Source: Candidatus Multivoradales bacterium
Lineage (GTDB): Bacteria; Acidobacteriota; Thermoanaerobaculia; Multivoradales; Multivoraceae
Reading direction: 5' to 3'
Assembly (NCBI GenBank): GCA_965223325.1
Contig: CBDCWI010000002.1
Coordinates: 3,072,001-3,136,000 of the forward strand
DNA: 64,000 bases
Part shown: positions 38,419 through 48,231 of the stretch, in pieces
Position numbering within the stretch: position 1 is the first letter of the stretch
Layout of the letters: every line of letters begins with the position of its first letter
Made by a program: the position numbers and the translations under genes
The notes under the pieces: generated by a model
Seen by the model: only the letters and a program-made list of their open reading frames with translations
What the model was told of the DNA's origin: nothing
Database searches by the model: none

Positions 38419-40550
38419 CTGGGTGTGTACCTGAATAGCAGTCGACCATACTGGTAGATCCATACTTCTCCGGTCGTGCTGATATAGGTATACACGCCCC
38501 GCCCGTTGCCGATTAGCATGTGTGAGCCTGGCACCCAGTCCTTCAGGATTCTCAATTGGTGTCCATTCCTCGCCAATACGCCAGAGACTACCTCGGCGGA
38601 CCCGAAGAAGCTGCTAGGCCCTACCGCCAAGAGTTCGCTGTAGATCGCCGTAGCACTCGGATTGCTGGACAACAGGATCGTCGGAGCGGCACCGAACCCC
38701 GTTGCCGATGCTGCTCCGACAAAACCCAGCCCGGCCAAAGAGGCGTAGGCAACTCGCAGCTCGAGCTGCCTCATACCGGGTGCGATCTCGCTGACACTCT
38801 GAAGCATCATCGTGTTGGCATCACCCCCACCACCAAGCCCTGCCCGAACATGAACACCGATTGCGGCTCGAAAACCCAGTCCACTCGGCAGGTCGTTCAG
38901 TCCTCCACGTCCTCCGGCAAGCCACTGCCCGAAGAGTGTGAACTCGGAATGTCCTGAACTACACGGCGCGCCAAACGCGTCCTCGCAGACGGTGGTCTCG
39001 AACTCGAATGGTTCTTCCTTCGTCCCACTCTCCATGAGACCGAAAGGATCGGTGAAGGTCATTGGGTTCCCGGATACGTACGGATACCTGTTCCAGCTTC
39101 GAGGCTCGGCGAGTCTTCCCTGTACCGGATCAGCCGACAAAAACCGACCCAGCAACGGCGAGTGATATCTGGCATGCATGTAGTCAAGATCATCCAGGGC
39201 ATCCCCCTCAACACCCAGATCCCTCTCATGCCCGGTAAACCGAAGCGTAGCCCGCACCGAATCACCATTCGGCCCCTGCGACTCGGGGGCCGGAACTGCC
39301 TGTTCACCATACGGCCAGAACAGATAATCCGTCGCCAGCTGCCCGTTCGAAGCCTGCCACACACTCCTCGGTGAACCCAGGTGGTCGTTGAAGTAGAAGT
39401 ACCGCTCACCATTCGGCTCGTGGTTGGCGATCTGTTGGCCGCCGGCAAACACGATGTCGCGGTCGACGTAGAGCGTACCCGTCGAATCGGTGTGGTACTT
39501 CCGCAGAACCAACCCATCGAGACCACGAAGCGTCCACTCCTCCAGCCCCGCGTCATCGATCACCAGGATCCGCTCGTCGTCGGCTGTATAGACGTAGGAA
39601 TGCGTCTGCTGGGAGCTCGTCATCGACTCCATCTGGCCCAGACGCGTCCACTCGTACTCGATGTCGTCAGCACCGGCACCGGGCCGCATCGTCATGTTGC
39701 CTTCGATGTCGTACCGAAAACGGTCGGTACCTGAACCGCTCGAGTCCTCGATGCGGTTGGTCAGCTCGTCGATGGCGTAGGTCGTAGGTACGAAACCCAG
39801 AGTCTGGTCCCAGCGCTCGAATTCATATAGGTTCCCGAACGGGTCGTACGAGTACCTCTTGCGAAGCGTCGAGCTCAGGTCGGCGGTGATCAATCGGCTG
39901 GCCGCGTCGTAGGCATACGTGGCGCTACCTACCTGCGTCACGTTGCCGGACGGGTCGTAGCCCAGGGCGTGGGTCGTGGTGCCGTCGTTGAAGCTCGAAG
40001 GGCGCGCCATGTCATCGGGGTCCTTGCCGAGAACGTAGTCGGGAACTGCCGGGTACTCGAGCTTTGAAAGCATACCGTTCGAGTGGTACTCGGCTTCTAA
40101 TACGTAGGTCGACTGGCCCGGAAGGTCACCGGGAGCACCGATCGATTCGATGCGACCCAGGTCGTAGAGGTACTCCACGCTCCGCTGGGCGTCGAGGCAG
40201 GTCGTACTCGACGTGCTGCTCACCTCGCAGGGGTAATCCAGAATCGAGGCTCCTCCCAGGTCGTGGTACGCGAACGACTGGAGAAAGACACGGCTCGACG
40301 TGCCATCGGAAACGGTCGTGTAGCGCTCGGACACTCGACCACCACGGCCGCCGTAGTCGTAGTCCTCGGTCACCTGGAAGGTGCCGGCTGGCAGCAGCAC
40401 GTGAGATGCGCGACCTATGGACGGATCGCTACCGCCTCGCATCGGCAAGACTTCGAAAGGGCATGAGGGCATACGTCGCCGTTGACTCCGACGTCGGTCG
40501 CAGCTGACCGAACTGCCCGGCACGCGCATCTCACGATTTACCCGGCACAC
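38415..40550 (-). CDS. 5'-truncated Rhs repeat protein with C-terminal toxin region
   Basis: YD repeats, DHLGSPR, RFTGHERD, DYMHARYHSPLLGRFLSADP, WNRYPYVSGNPMTFTDPFGL cleavage motif (D at 39050), 206-aa CT. No N-terminal delivery domain and no convincing start. Confidence 0.9.
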   Translation of the reverse strand: MCRVNREMRVPGSSVSCDRRRSQRRRMPSCPFEVLPMRGGSDPSIGRASHVLLPAGTFQVTEDYDYGGRGGRVSERYTTVSDGTSSRVFLQSFAYHDLGGASILDYPCEVSSTSSTTCLDAQRSVEYLYDLGRIESIGAPGDLPGQSTYVLEAEYHSNGMLSKLEYPAVPDYVLGKDPDDMARPSSFNDGTTTHALGYDPSGNVTQVGSATYAYDAASRLITADLSSTLRKRYSYDPFGNLYEFERWDQTLGFVPTTYAIDELTNRIEDSSGSGTDRFRYDIEGNMTMRPGAGADDIEYEWTRLGQMESMTSSQQTHSYVYTADDERILVIDDAGLEEWTLRGLDGLVLRKYHTDSTGTLYVDRDIVFAGGQQIANHEPNGERYFYFNDHLGSPRSVWQASNGQLATDYLFWPYGEQAVPAPESQGPNGDSVRATLRFTGHERDLGVEGDALDDLDYMHARYHSPLLGRFLSADPVQGRLAEPRSWNRYPYVSGNPMTFTDPFGLMESGTKEEPFEFETTVCEDAFGAPCSSGHSEFTLFGQWLAGGRGGLNDLPSGLGFRAAIGVHVRAGLGGGGDANTMMLQSVSEIAPGMRQLELRVAYASLAGLGFVGAASATGFGAAPTILLSSNPSATAIYSELLAVGPSSFFGSAEVVSGVLARNGHQLRILKDWVPGSHMLIGNGRGVYTYISTTGEVWIYQYGRLLFRYTPR

Positions 40551-41004
40551 GTTGAGAGCCGACTACTTCCCTGGCGGCTGCAACGGCCTGGCTCTCGAAT
40601 AGCTCGCTTTCCCAGGGCCGATCTCGATGCTCGCTGGCCGCGTATATGAGAGGCTGGAACTCAGCTGGGGGTGGGGCACCGAGTGCTTCGGTCAGCGTCC
40701 AGATCTCCTCGGCGCCGACCAATGGTTGAATCGCTCCTTCCAGTATCTGTTCGCACACTCGTAGTGCCGCTACGTCGACCGCCTCACGGCGAGACATCTT
40801 GTCAAGGCCCCACTCTCTCAGCACCTCCAAGAAGAGCGTGCGAGCCTCGGCGCCACTCTCAGGGCCCAACCCCGCAAGCCTTCGGATCACTTTCGTGTCG
40901 ATGCCACCTTGGAGAAGCCGAACGCCCTCCAATGGGAGGCACGAGTCGGAAACTAAACCAAGTACGAAGCGGGCGGCAAGGCCACGCTGATCGATCGATT
41001 CCAC
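40531..41004 (-). CDS. Candidate immunity protein for the upstream orphan toxin tip
   Basis: 157-aa helical protein 10 bp downstream of the orphan CT, with a ..RLAGL....EARTLF...L.E.G pattern seen in genes that follow polymorphic toxins. Confidence 0.6.
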   Translation of the reverse strand: MESIDQRGLAARFVLGLVSDSCLPLEGVRLLQGGIDTKVIRRLAGLGPESGAEARTLFLEVLREWGLDKMSRREAVDVAALRVCEQILEGAIQPLVGAEEIWTLTEALGAPPPAEFQPLIYAASEHRDRPWESELFESQAVAAAREVVGSQRVPGKS

Positions 41005-41014
41005 CTATCCGCCC

Positions 41015-41270
41015 CTATTTTCTCTTGAACTTTCCCATTCCCCGCGAACCAGTCTGAAGGTTCTTCCAGTAGTGCACCGTAACCTTCGAGCCATCCAGGC
41101 CACGCCGGGTGTATTCCATCTTGGCAAAGAGATGTTCGGGGAAGAGCGGGTCCTTGATTTTTCCCTGCATAATGCGGTGGCCCAAGCCATTTGACAGCAC
41201 CTCTTTCATCGTCAGCTGCTCCGTGAGGCTAAGCGGCATGCTGCCCTGCCCCAGGATTGCCGGGGCGCTG
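41015..41270 (-). pseudogene. Orphan polymorphic-toxin C-terminal domain
   Basis: PLSLTEQLTMKEVLSN...KDP...AKM...VTVHYWKNLQTG....KFK, basic, preceded by Rhs-core fragments; in-frame ATG at 41239. Confidence 0.65.
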
Positions 41271-41448
41271 GCTTTCAAAGCTCGAGTACCCGGCAGTTCC
41301 CGACTACGTTCTCGGCAAGGACCTCGATGACATGGCGCGGCTCGGGTCCTCAATGCGTCGACTGGCCGCCTCGTAGGCATAGGTGGGGCCGCCTACCTGC
41401 GTCACGTTGCCGGACGGGTCGTAGCCGAGGGCGTGAGTCGTGGTGCCG
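41271..41448. repeat. Patchwork of Rhs-core fragments (right relic), one inverted and two direct
   Basis: 41271-41339 is the reverse complement of 40003-40071 (68/69). 41340-41357 resembles 39738-39755. 41358-41448 matches 39894-39984 (83/91). Confidence 0.9.
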
Positions 41449-41577
41449 GGGCTGTAAAGGCTGAGAACGCGAAGCCCCATCGAGCGAACCCAACAAGAAG
41501 GGTGGCGCCGCCGCTCTCGAAGTCACAGGCGACGGCTCCCCTCAGACGCTCAACACCACTTGGCGTTGACTGGCCCG

Positions 41578-42864
<1,287 letters not shown>

Positions 42865-42890
42865 CTGAGGCTCCTGGGCGAAAGTGATCT

Positions 42891-42997
42891 GTTCGGTATT
42901 TCGAACGGCTATTCGGGATTCGAGACACTACGAGCCATTCCTGGCCAGGTCAAGGACGATCGGTCGATTTGTTGAACTTGTGTTCGAAATATCGAAC
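42891..42997. promoter_or_regulatory. Two GTTCG-N6-CGAAC palindromic operator candidates upstream of aceA
   Basis: GTTCGGTATTTCGAAC (42891-42906) and GTTCGAAATATCGAAC (42982-42997), inverted copies of each other with 1 mismatch. Confidence 0.65.
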
Positions 42998-43059
42998 GAA
43001 TCTCGCGGATTCTCAGCAGCGGCGAGGAATCGGAGCGCGATCGATTGCGGCCGGGCGCG

Positions 43060-44349
43060 CTACTCGGGCTTCGCGGGTCCCCGTTGCAGCAGCTCGTTGC
43101 GCGCTGCGACGACGAAGTCGGTTTCGAGCATCACGAAGTCGCAGGCTTCCGCCTGCTTCTTCGGCAAGCGTGAAGTCGGCAGCTGACCCACCGAACGGTC
43201 GAGGAGGCGCACCGCCCGCTCGAGGTCGGTTCTCTCGACCACCGTCGAACCGCGATCGGCAGCCAGTGCCTGACTGGTCCAGATCGCCATCGGATAGACC
43301 AGCAGGAACTTGGGCAGCGCTTCCTTGACCGGCAGAATCTCTTCGCCAGCGACCAGGTAGCGGTGGCCGACGATCTTGGCGCGCACATAGGTCAGCCAGG
43401 CCTCTCGGCCCTCGTGTTCGAGGAAGCTGCCGTCAACCGTTGCGATCTCTTCGAAGGTGGCACTGAGCTCGCGGTTATCGACGATCGGCCGGTTGCTTCC
43501 GTGCTGATAGCGGTTGCCTTCGTCGATGCGCTTCTTCTCGACTTGGCGGCGCGCTCGTTTGCCGAGCTGGTCGACGTTCGGTGGAGCTGGGTTGAGCATC
43601 AGATAGAGCCACTGGAAGAAGATCGCGCGCTGCGTCTTGTCCATATGCCCCTGCCAGGGCATGTTGACGATCTGTCTTGGCAAACCCACGGCGATGGCAC
43701 GACGAAGCTCGCTCGCAACCGGTAGCTGCGGATCACCAGTCGTCGCCAGGCGAACGTACTGAAGAAGACAGCGTATGCGGTCGAAAACCGACAGGTCTTC
43801 GTTGGCCAGGAAGCCGAGTAGAAAACGCTCGAACTCGAGCAGGATGGCGTCGTCGAGCGGGCGACCGTCGTCGATCCAGTGCTTCTGGACCAGCGGAGCG
43901 CCGAGCTCGTCGTCGAGGAGCGCCTGCCACTCCGGTCTTCGTTCGCGAACCGGCGCACCCGCGCCGCGGCTGACCGCCGAACACGAGAAGCTGACATCGA
44001 CGGTCACTCGATCCGCAACCCGATGAAAGCCGAACGGGTAGAGGCGGCACATGAGCGGCTTGGCCTCGGCGCCGAAATGCTGGTGAATGCGGCACTGGTT
44101 CTGATTGCCCAGAAAGACGCAACGACCGTCGTCTTTGCGCGCCAGGCGATCGACTGATCCGGCTCCTGGAACATCCACTCGCACCGCAGGTCGAACGCCT
44201 GCCAGATCGTCGGCAACACCGTTCCAGTCGAGCGCTTCGAGCTCCGCGCGCTCGCCCTCCTGCAGCTGAATGTTGACGTCGCGGCAACAGTCGCCACACT
44301 GGCTACAGGTAAAGCACACACCCCCAGGGGTTTCGAACAGGACTGCCAT
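43060..44349 (-). CDS. YkgJ/CxxCxxCC-family cysteine-cluster protein with long C-terminal extension
   Basis: CSQCGDCC, CVFL....CRIH......KPLMCRLYPF. Confidence 0.85.
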   Translation of the reverse strand: MAVLFETPGGVCFTCSQCGDCCRDVNIQLQEGERAELEALDWNGVADDLAGVRPAVRVDVPGAGSVDRLARKDDGRCVFLGNQNQCRIHQHFGAEAKPLMCRLYPFGFHRVADRVTVDVSFSCSAVSRGAGAPVRERRPEWQALLDDELGAPLVQKHWIDDGRPLDDAILLEFERFLLGFLANEDLSVFDRIRCLLQYVRLATTGDPQLPVASELRRAIAVGLPRQIVNMPWQGHMDKTQRAIFFQWLYLMLNPAPPNVDQLGKRARRQVEKKRIDEGNRYQHGSNRPIVDNRELSATFEEIATVDGSFLEHEGREAWLTYVRAKIVGHRYLVAGEEILPVKEALPKFLLVYPMAIWTSQALAADRGSTVVERTDLERAVRLLDRSVGQLPTSRLPKKQAEACDFVMLETDFVVAARNELLQRGPAKPE

Positions 44350-44426
44350 GACGCATACTCTTCCACAGCCCTCTCTTCGAGAACCACCGCCACCCCCTAG
44401 TTCCCCTATGTGGAGGATCGCGACCC

Positions 44427-45308
44427 ATGAACTCCTACGAGTGTTTCGAGATCACTGTCGACAGGCGCGTTGCGCACCTCAAACTCAATCGCCCCGAGAA
44501 GCGCAACAGCATGATTCCGGCGTTCTGGGAGGAACTGCCGGCGGCAGTCCGAGTTCTCGATGAAACCGGTGCGGCACGTGCGCTGGTGATCTCGTCAACC
44601 GGGCCGCACTTCTGTGCCGGCCTCGACGTCAAGGCCTTCAACATGGGGGGCCAGGCACCAGAGCGATCCGAAGACGAGGCGCGGGCAGCCCGCATCCAAC
44701 ACGGCCCGCGCTTCTACTCGAACGTTCTGCGCATGCAACGAAGCCTCTCGGTTCTCGAGGAGTGCCGCATGCCGGTGCTGGCTGCCATTCAGGGGGGCTG
44801 CATCGGTGGCGGAGTCGACCTCACCACCGCCTGCGACATGCGCTACGCCAGCAAGGACGCCTTCTTCACCATCTTCGAAACCAACATCGGAATGACCGCC
44901 GACGTTGGCACCTTCCCGCGCATCGTCAAGCTCATTCCCGAAGGCGTCGTTCGCGAGCTCGCCTACACCGGTCGCCGCATGAGTGCCGAGGAGGCACAGT
45001 CTGTTGGCCTGGTGAACCGTGTCTTCGCCGATCAGGCAACGATGCTGGACGGGGTGATGGAGATTGCCCACACAATTGCTTCCAAGGCTCCCCTGGCGGT
45101 CTACGGCTGCAAGCGTGTGATCACCTACTCACGCGATCACTCAACCGCCGATGGTCTCGACTACATCGGCATCTGGAACGCCAGCATGTTGCAGCCCGAG
45201 GAAATCCGTGAAGCGATGACCGCCAACGCCGAGAAGCGCGACGGCAACTTCGTTGATCTGCCACGGCTCGCGGAAGACGAAGACGACCCAGCCTTTCTCG
45301 AGGGCTAG
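44427..45308 (+). CDS. Enoyl-CoA hydratase/isomerase (dienoyl-CoA isomerase-like)
   Basis: LNRPEKRN, FCAGLD, GGCIGGGVDL..ACDMRY, ADVGT. Confidence 0.93.
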   Translation: MNSYECFEITVDRRVAHLKLNRPEKRNSMIPAFWEELPAAVRVLDETGAARALVISSTGPHFCAGLDVKAFNMGGQAPERSEDEARAARIQHGPRFYSNVLRMQRSLSVLEECRMPVLAAIQGGCIGGGVDLTTACDMRYASKDAFFTIFETNIGMTADVGTFPRIVKLIPEGVVRELAYTGRRMSAEEAQSVGLVNRVFADQATMLDGVMEIAHTIASKAPLAVYGCKRVITYSRDHSTADGLDYIGIWNASMLQPEEIREAMTANAEKRDGNFVDLPRLAEDEDDPAFLEG

Positions 45309-45339
45309 GGCTCCACGCCGAGCGCCAATAGGCCCTACG

Positions 45340-47031
45340 ATGAAGAAGACCCGGACGTGCACCACAGCTCTCGTCGCCACTCTCCTGGCTCCCGCCCTCT
45401 TTGCCCAGACCGGTGGCGCGACCGACCGCCTCGGCGAACTCGAAAAGGAACTCGGCAAGGTCAAGATCGAGGAGCACTCCGGCCTGGAGTATGAGCAGGC
45501 CGCAAAAGAGCTCGCTCGCCTGGTCGCCGAACTCGACCACCTGCTCGCCGCCGGCACAGAGGATGAGCCGGAGCTCGCCGGCAAAGAGCGCATCGAAGCA
45601 GAGCTCTTGCGGGCACAGGCGCGGCGTCGACATTTCGAGATCGGAGAGTTGGAGCTTTATCGCCTCGTCCCCGTACGCTACCTGTCGCTGGGAGAAACGA
45701 GCGGCCTCTTCCTTAGACCGTGCGCCCAGCCGGACGCGGCTACGAAGAGAGCCACCGCTGAGCTACGACGGCTTCCCAAGGTCCTCGAGAACGCCCGGCG
45801 CAACCTGACCGTGCCGGCCCGAGTGTGGACGGAGAACGCCATCGAAACATCGCGCTACGCCAGCCTGATGCTCGAGGAGGAGCTCAGGAAGGTGTGCATC
45901 GACGACCCGGACCTGGAACGCCGGTTCCTGGTCGCCGGTGAAAGAGCGGCCGAGGCGGTGGCTGGCTTTCGCGACTGGCTGACCGACACGCTGCTGCCGC
46001 GCTCGACCCGCTCCCCGGCCTGGACACCCGAAGAAGTCGAGGTCTACCAGTTCGAGCACGAGTTCCTGACCGACTACGGTGTCGACGAAATGCTGCGCGT
46101 CGCCGCCCTGGACGAGGAGGGCACGACCCAGGAGATGAAGGAGCTCGCGGCGCGCATTCACCCGTCGGGCGACCTCGAGACCGTCTGGAAGCTGATGAAA
46201 GACGAGACACCGCCGTGGTCTGAGGTCCCTCGAATGGCTGAGCGCTACGTCGAGATGGCGGCCTCGTGGCTTCAGAACGAAGGCAGCCATGTGGTGGCCA
46301 TCCCCGAGCGCTTCGACTACGGCGTCCAGTTGACCTCGCCGATGGGCCGACGGGTCCTGTCGTTCGGAGGCGCCTCCTACGGGCCCACGATGGGCGGTCG
46401 CATCTCGGGCTACTACGTGCTCACTCCTCTCGAGCCTTGGCTCTCCGAGGACGACGCTGCCAGCCGGCTGCGCTCCTACAACCCCTACTGGACGCACGTC
46501 ATTTCGTACCACGAGTGGATCGGCCACAACGTCCAACGCGCCGTGGCGCATGAGTTCGCCGAGGGCTCGGTGATGCGCTCTTTCCAGTCGATCTACCTGA
46601 GCCAGGCGTGGTCGTTCTACCTCGAGAAGCTGCTCGAAGACGAGGGCTACTTCGAAGATCGCTTGCCGCACGTCGAAGCGCTCAAGACGCGCATGGCGCG
46701 CCTCCAGATGCGCATGTGGAGGGTGCAACGCATTCTGACCAAGCTCAGGATGGCGAAGGGCGAGATGACGTTCGACGAAGCGGTCGAAGCCTACGTCGCG
46801 AAGATCGGCATGGAGCCCACCAACGCCTTCATCGAAGTGCAACGCGACTCACAGAGCCCATCGCCACCCGGGCGCGAGATCATTGGCGAGCGCTTCATTC
46901 TCGAGCTTCGCGAGGAGTGGAAGGCTCGCATGGGCGAACACGATTCGATGTTGGCGTTCCATGAAGCGCTGTTGCGTTACGGAGATCTCCCGCTTCCCGT
47001 CGTGCGCCGGCTGATGTTCGGAGACTTCTGA
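45340..47031 (+). CDS. DUF885-family exported protein
   Basis: Signal peptide, YHEWIGH motif, FHEALLRYGDLPL C-terminus. Start trimmed to ATG 45340. Confidence 0.8.
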   Translation: MKKTRTCTTALVATLLAPALFAQTGGATDRLGELEKELGKVKIEEHSGLEYEQAAKELARLVAELDHLLAAGTEDEPELAGKERIEAELLRAQARRRHFEIGELELYRLVPVRYLSLGETSGLFLRPCAQPDAATKRATAELRRLPKVLENARRNLTVPARVWTENAIETSRYASLMLEEELRKVCIDDPDLERRFLVAGERAAEAVAGFRDWLTDTLLPRSTRSPAWTPEEVEVYQFEHEFLTDYGVDEMLRVAALDEEGTTQEMKELAARIHPSGDLETVWKLMKDETPPWSEVPRMAERYVEMAASWLQNEGSHVVAIPERFDYGVQLTSPMGRRVLSFGGASYGPTMGGRISGYYVLTPLEPWLSEDDAASRLRSYNPYWTHVISYHEWIGHNVQRAVAHEFAEGSVMRSFQSIYLSQAWSFYLEKLLEDEGYFEDRLPHVEALKTRMARLQMRMWRVQRILTKLRMAKGEMTFDEAVEAYVAKIGMEPTNAFIEVQRDSQSPSPPGREIIGERFILELREEWKARMGEHDSMLAFHEALLRYGDLPLPVVRRLMFGDF

Positions 47032-47123
47032 CCCAGGTGACGTACCGACCACCTACCGAACGATTGGTCGAATCGTGGCCACGGTCGAGAAGAGTCCTTG
47101 ACTCGAATGGCACGATGAGTAGG

Positions 47124-47378
47124 CCGGGTGACATGAAGGACATCCTCAACCGGGTGACCGAAGCCAGGACGGCTGCCGAAGCCAACCTGGTCACTCGCCG
47201 AGAGGAGACCGCCGCGATGCGTTCTCAGGCCAACACGGCCAAATTGCTCGATGCACACCCGCCGCTGATGAGGCTGCGGGAGCTCGAGGTTCTCGAAGGA
47301 GTGCCCGAGAAGTTCCAGCTGACCGTCGTGCTCGGTGATGGCAACGGCCTCTCCGAGCGCGTCATGAAGCTGCTCTGA
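47124..47378 (+). pseudogene. C-terminal fragment of a slipin/SPFH (band 7) protein
   Basis: PGDMKDILNRVTEA..AAEANL..RREETAAMRSQANTAKLL...P.LMRLRELE; the N-terminal SPFH domain is missing. Confidence 0.7.
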
Positions 47379-47408
47379 CGACGTAGCCAACAACCAGAAA
47401 CAAGAGAC

Positions 47409-47449
47409 GGGGCGGCGGCCGCCGCATGCGGTCGCTGCCCCTATCTTTT
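47409..47449 (+). terminator. Rho-independent terminator
   Basis: 14-bp GC stem (47409-47422 with 47428-47441, two G-U pairs) followed by TATCTTTT. Confidence 0.65.
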
Positions 47450-47520
47450 CCTGAGGTGTACCTCGGGCTGACCGGAAAGGTTTTCAATCCCTTAGGACCT
47501 TCGTAGACTCATCGGCAACC

Positions 47521-48231
47521 ATGCCACGGCCACCCCTCGTCGGCATCACTGCCGGCAACGACCCGCTGATGCCCGAGCACTACGTGCTGCGCTGGGACTA
47601 CGTCCATAGCGTGACCGAGGCCGGCGGTGTCGCCGTCATCCTGGCCCCGAGCCGTGCAGCCGAAGAGCCTCAGCTGCTCGAGCGCTTCGACGCTCTTGTG
47701 CTCTCTGGGGGCGCCGACCTGCACCCCGAGACCTACGGCCAGTCGCCTCGGACCGAGATCCGCGCACCCAGCCGCGAACGTGACGTCTTCGAGCTCGGAC
47801 TGGCACGTCGGGCTCTCGAAAAGGATCTTCCGCTCTTTGCGATCTGCCGCGGCATGCAGGTCCTGAACGTCGCGCTCGGTGGCAGCCTGATCCAGGATCT
47901 TCCAACCGAGATCGGCGACGGGATTCGTCACGACGACCTCGACCGACCGCGCTACACCCTCGCTCACGACGTCGACATCACACCGGGCTCCCGCCTCGAA
48001 GCTTCGCTCGCCACCCGCCGCATAACCGTCAACAGCTTCCACCACCAGGCCATCGACCGGCTGGCCGATGGCCTCGAGGTCACGGCAAGGTCCGAGGACG
48101 GGGTCATCGAAGCCGTCGAACTGCCCGGTCGAGAGGTCCTCGGGGTGCAGTGGCACCCGGAGTGCTTCTGGCGCAAGCGCACGTTTCTCCCACTCTTTGA
48201 AGTCCTCGTGCAGGCGGCCGAGCGGCGCTGA
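47521..48231 (+). CDS. Gamma-glutamyl-gamma-aminobutyrate hydrolase family (peptidase C26)
   Basis: LSGGADL, AICRGMQVLNVALGG, VNSFHHQA, GVQWHPE. Confidence 0.93.
   Translation: MPRPPLVGITAGNDPLMPEHYVLRWDYVHSVTEAGGVAVILAPSRAAEEPQLLERFDALVLSGGADLHPETYGQSPRTEIRAPSRERDVFELGLARRALEKDLPLFAICRGMQVLNVALGGSLIQDLPTEIGDGIRHDDLDRPRYTLAHDVDITPGSRLEASLATRRITVNSFHHQAIDRLADGLEVTARSEDGVIEAVELPGREVLGVQWHPECFWRKRTFLPLFEVLVQAAERR

Noticed and set aside
37102-41448. Rhs repeat pairs considered as a diversity-generating retroelement template/variable pair
   Set aside because: There is no reverse transcriptase in the window, and the mismatches are not adenine-specific and mostly look like paralog divergence
42891-42997. 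aceA palindromes considered as LexA (SOS) boxes
   Set aside because: Orientation and spacing differ from the GAAC-N4-GTTC and GTTC-N7-GTTC LexA motifs, and the target gene is metabolic
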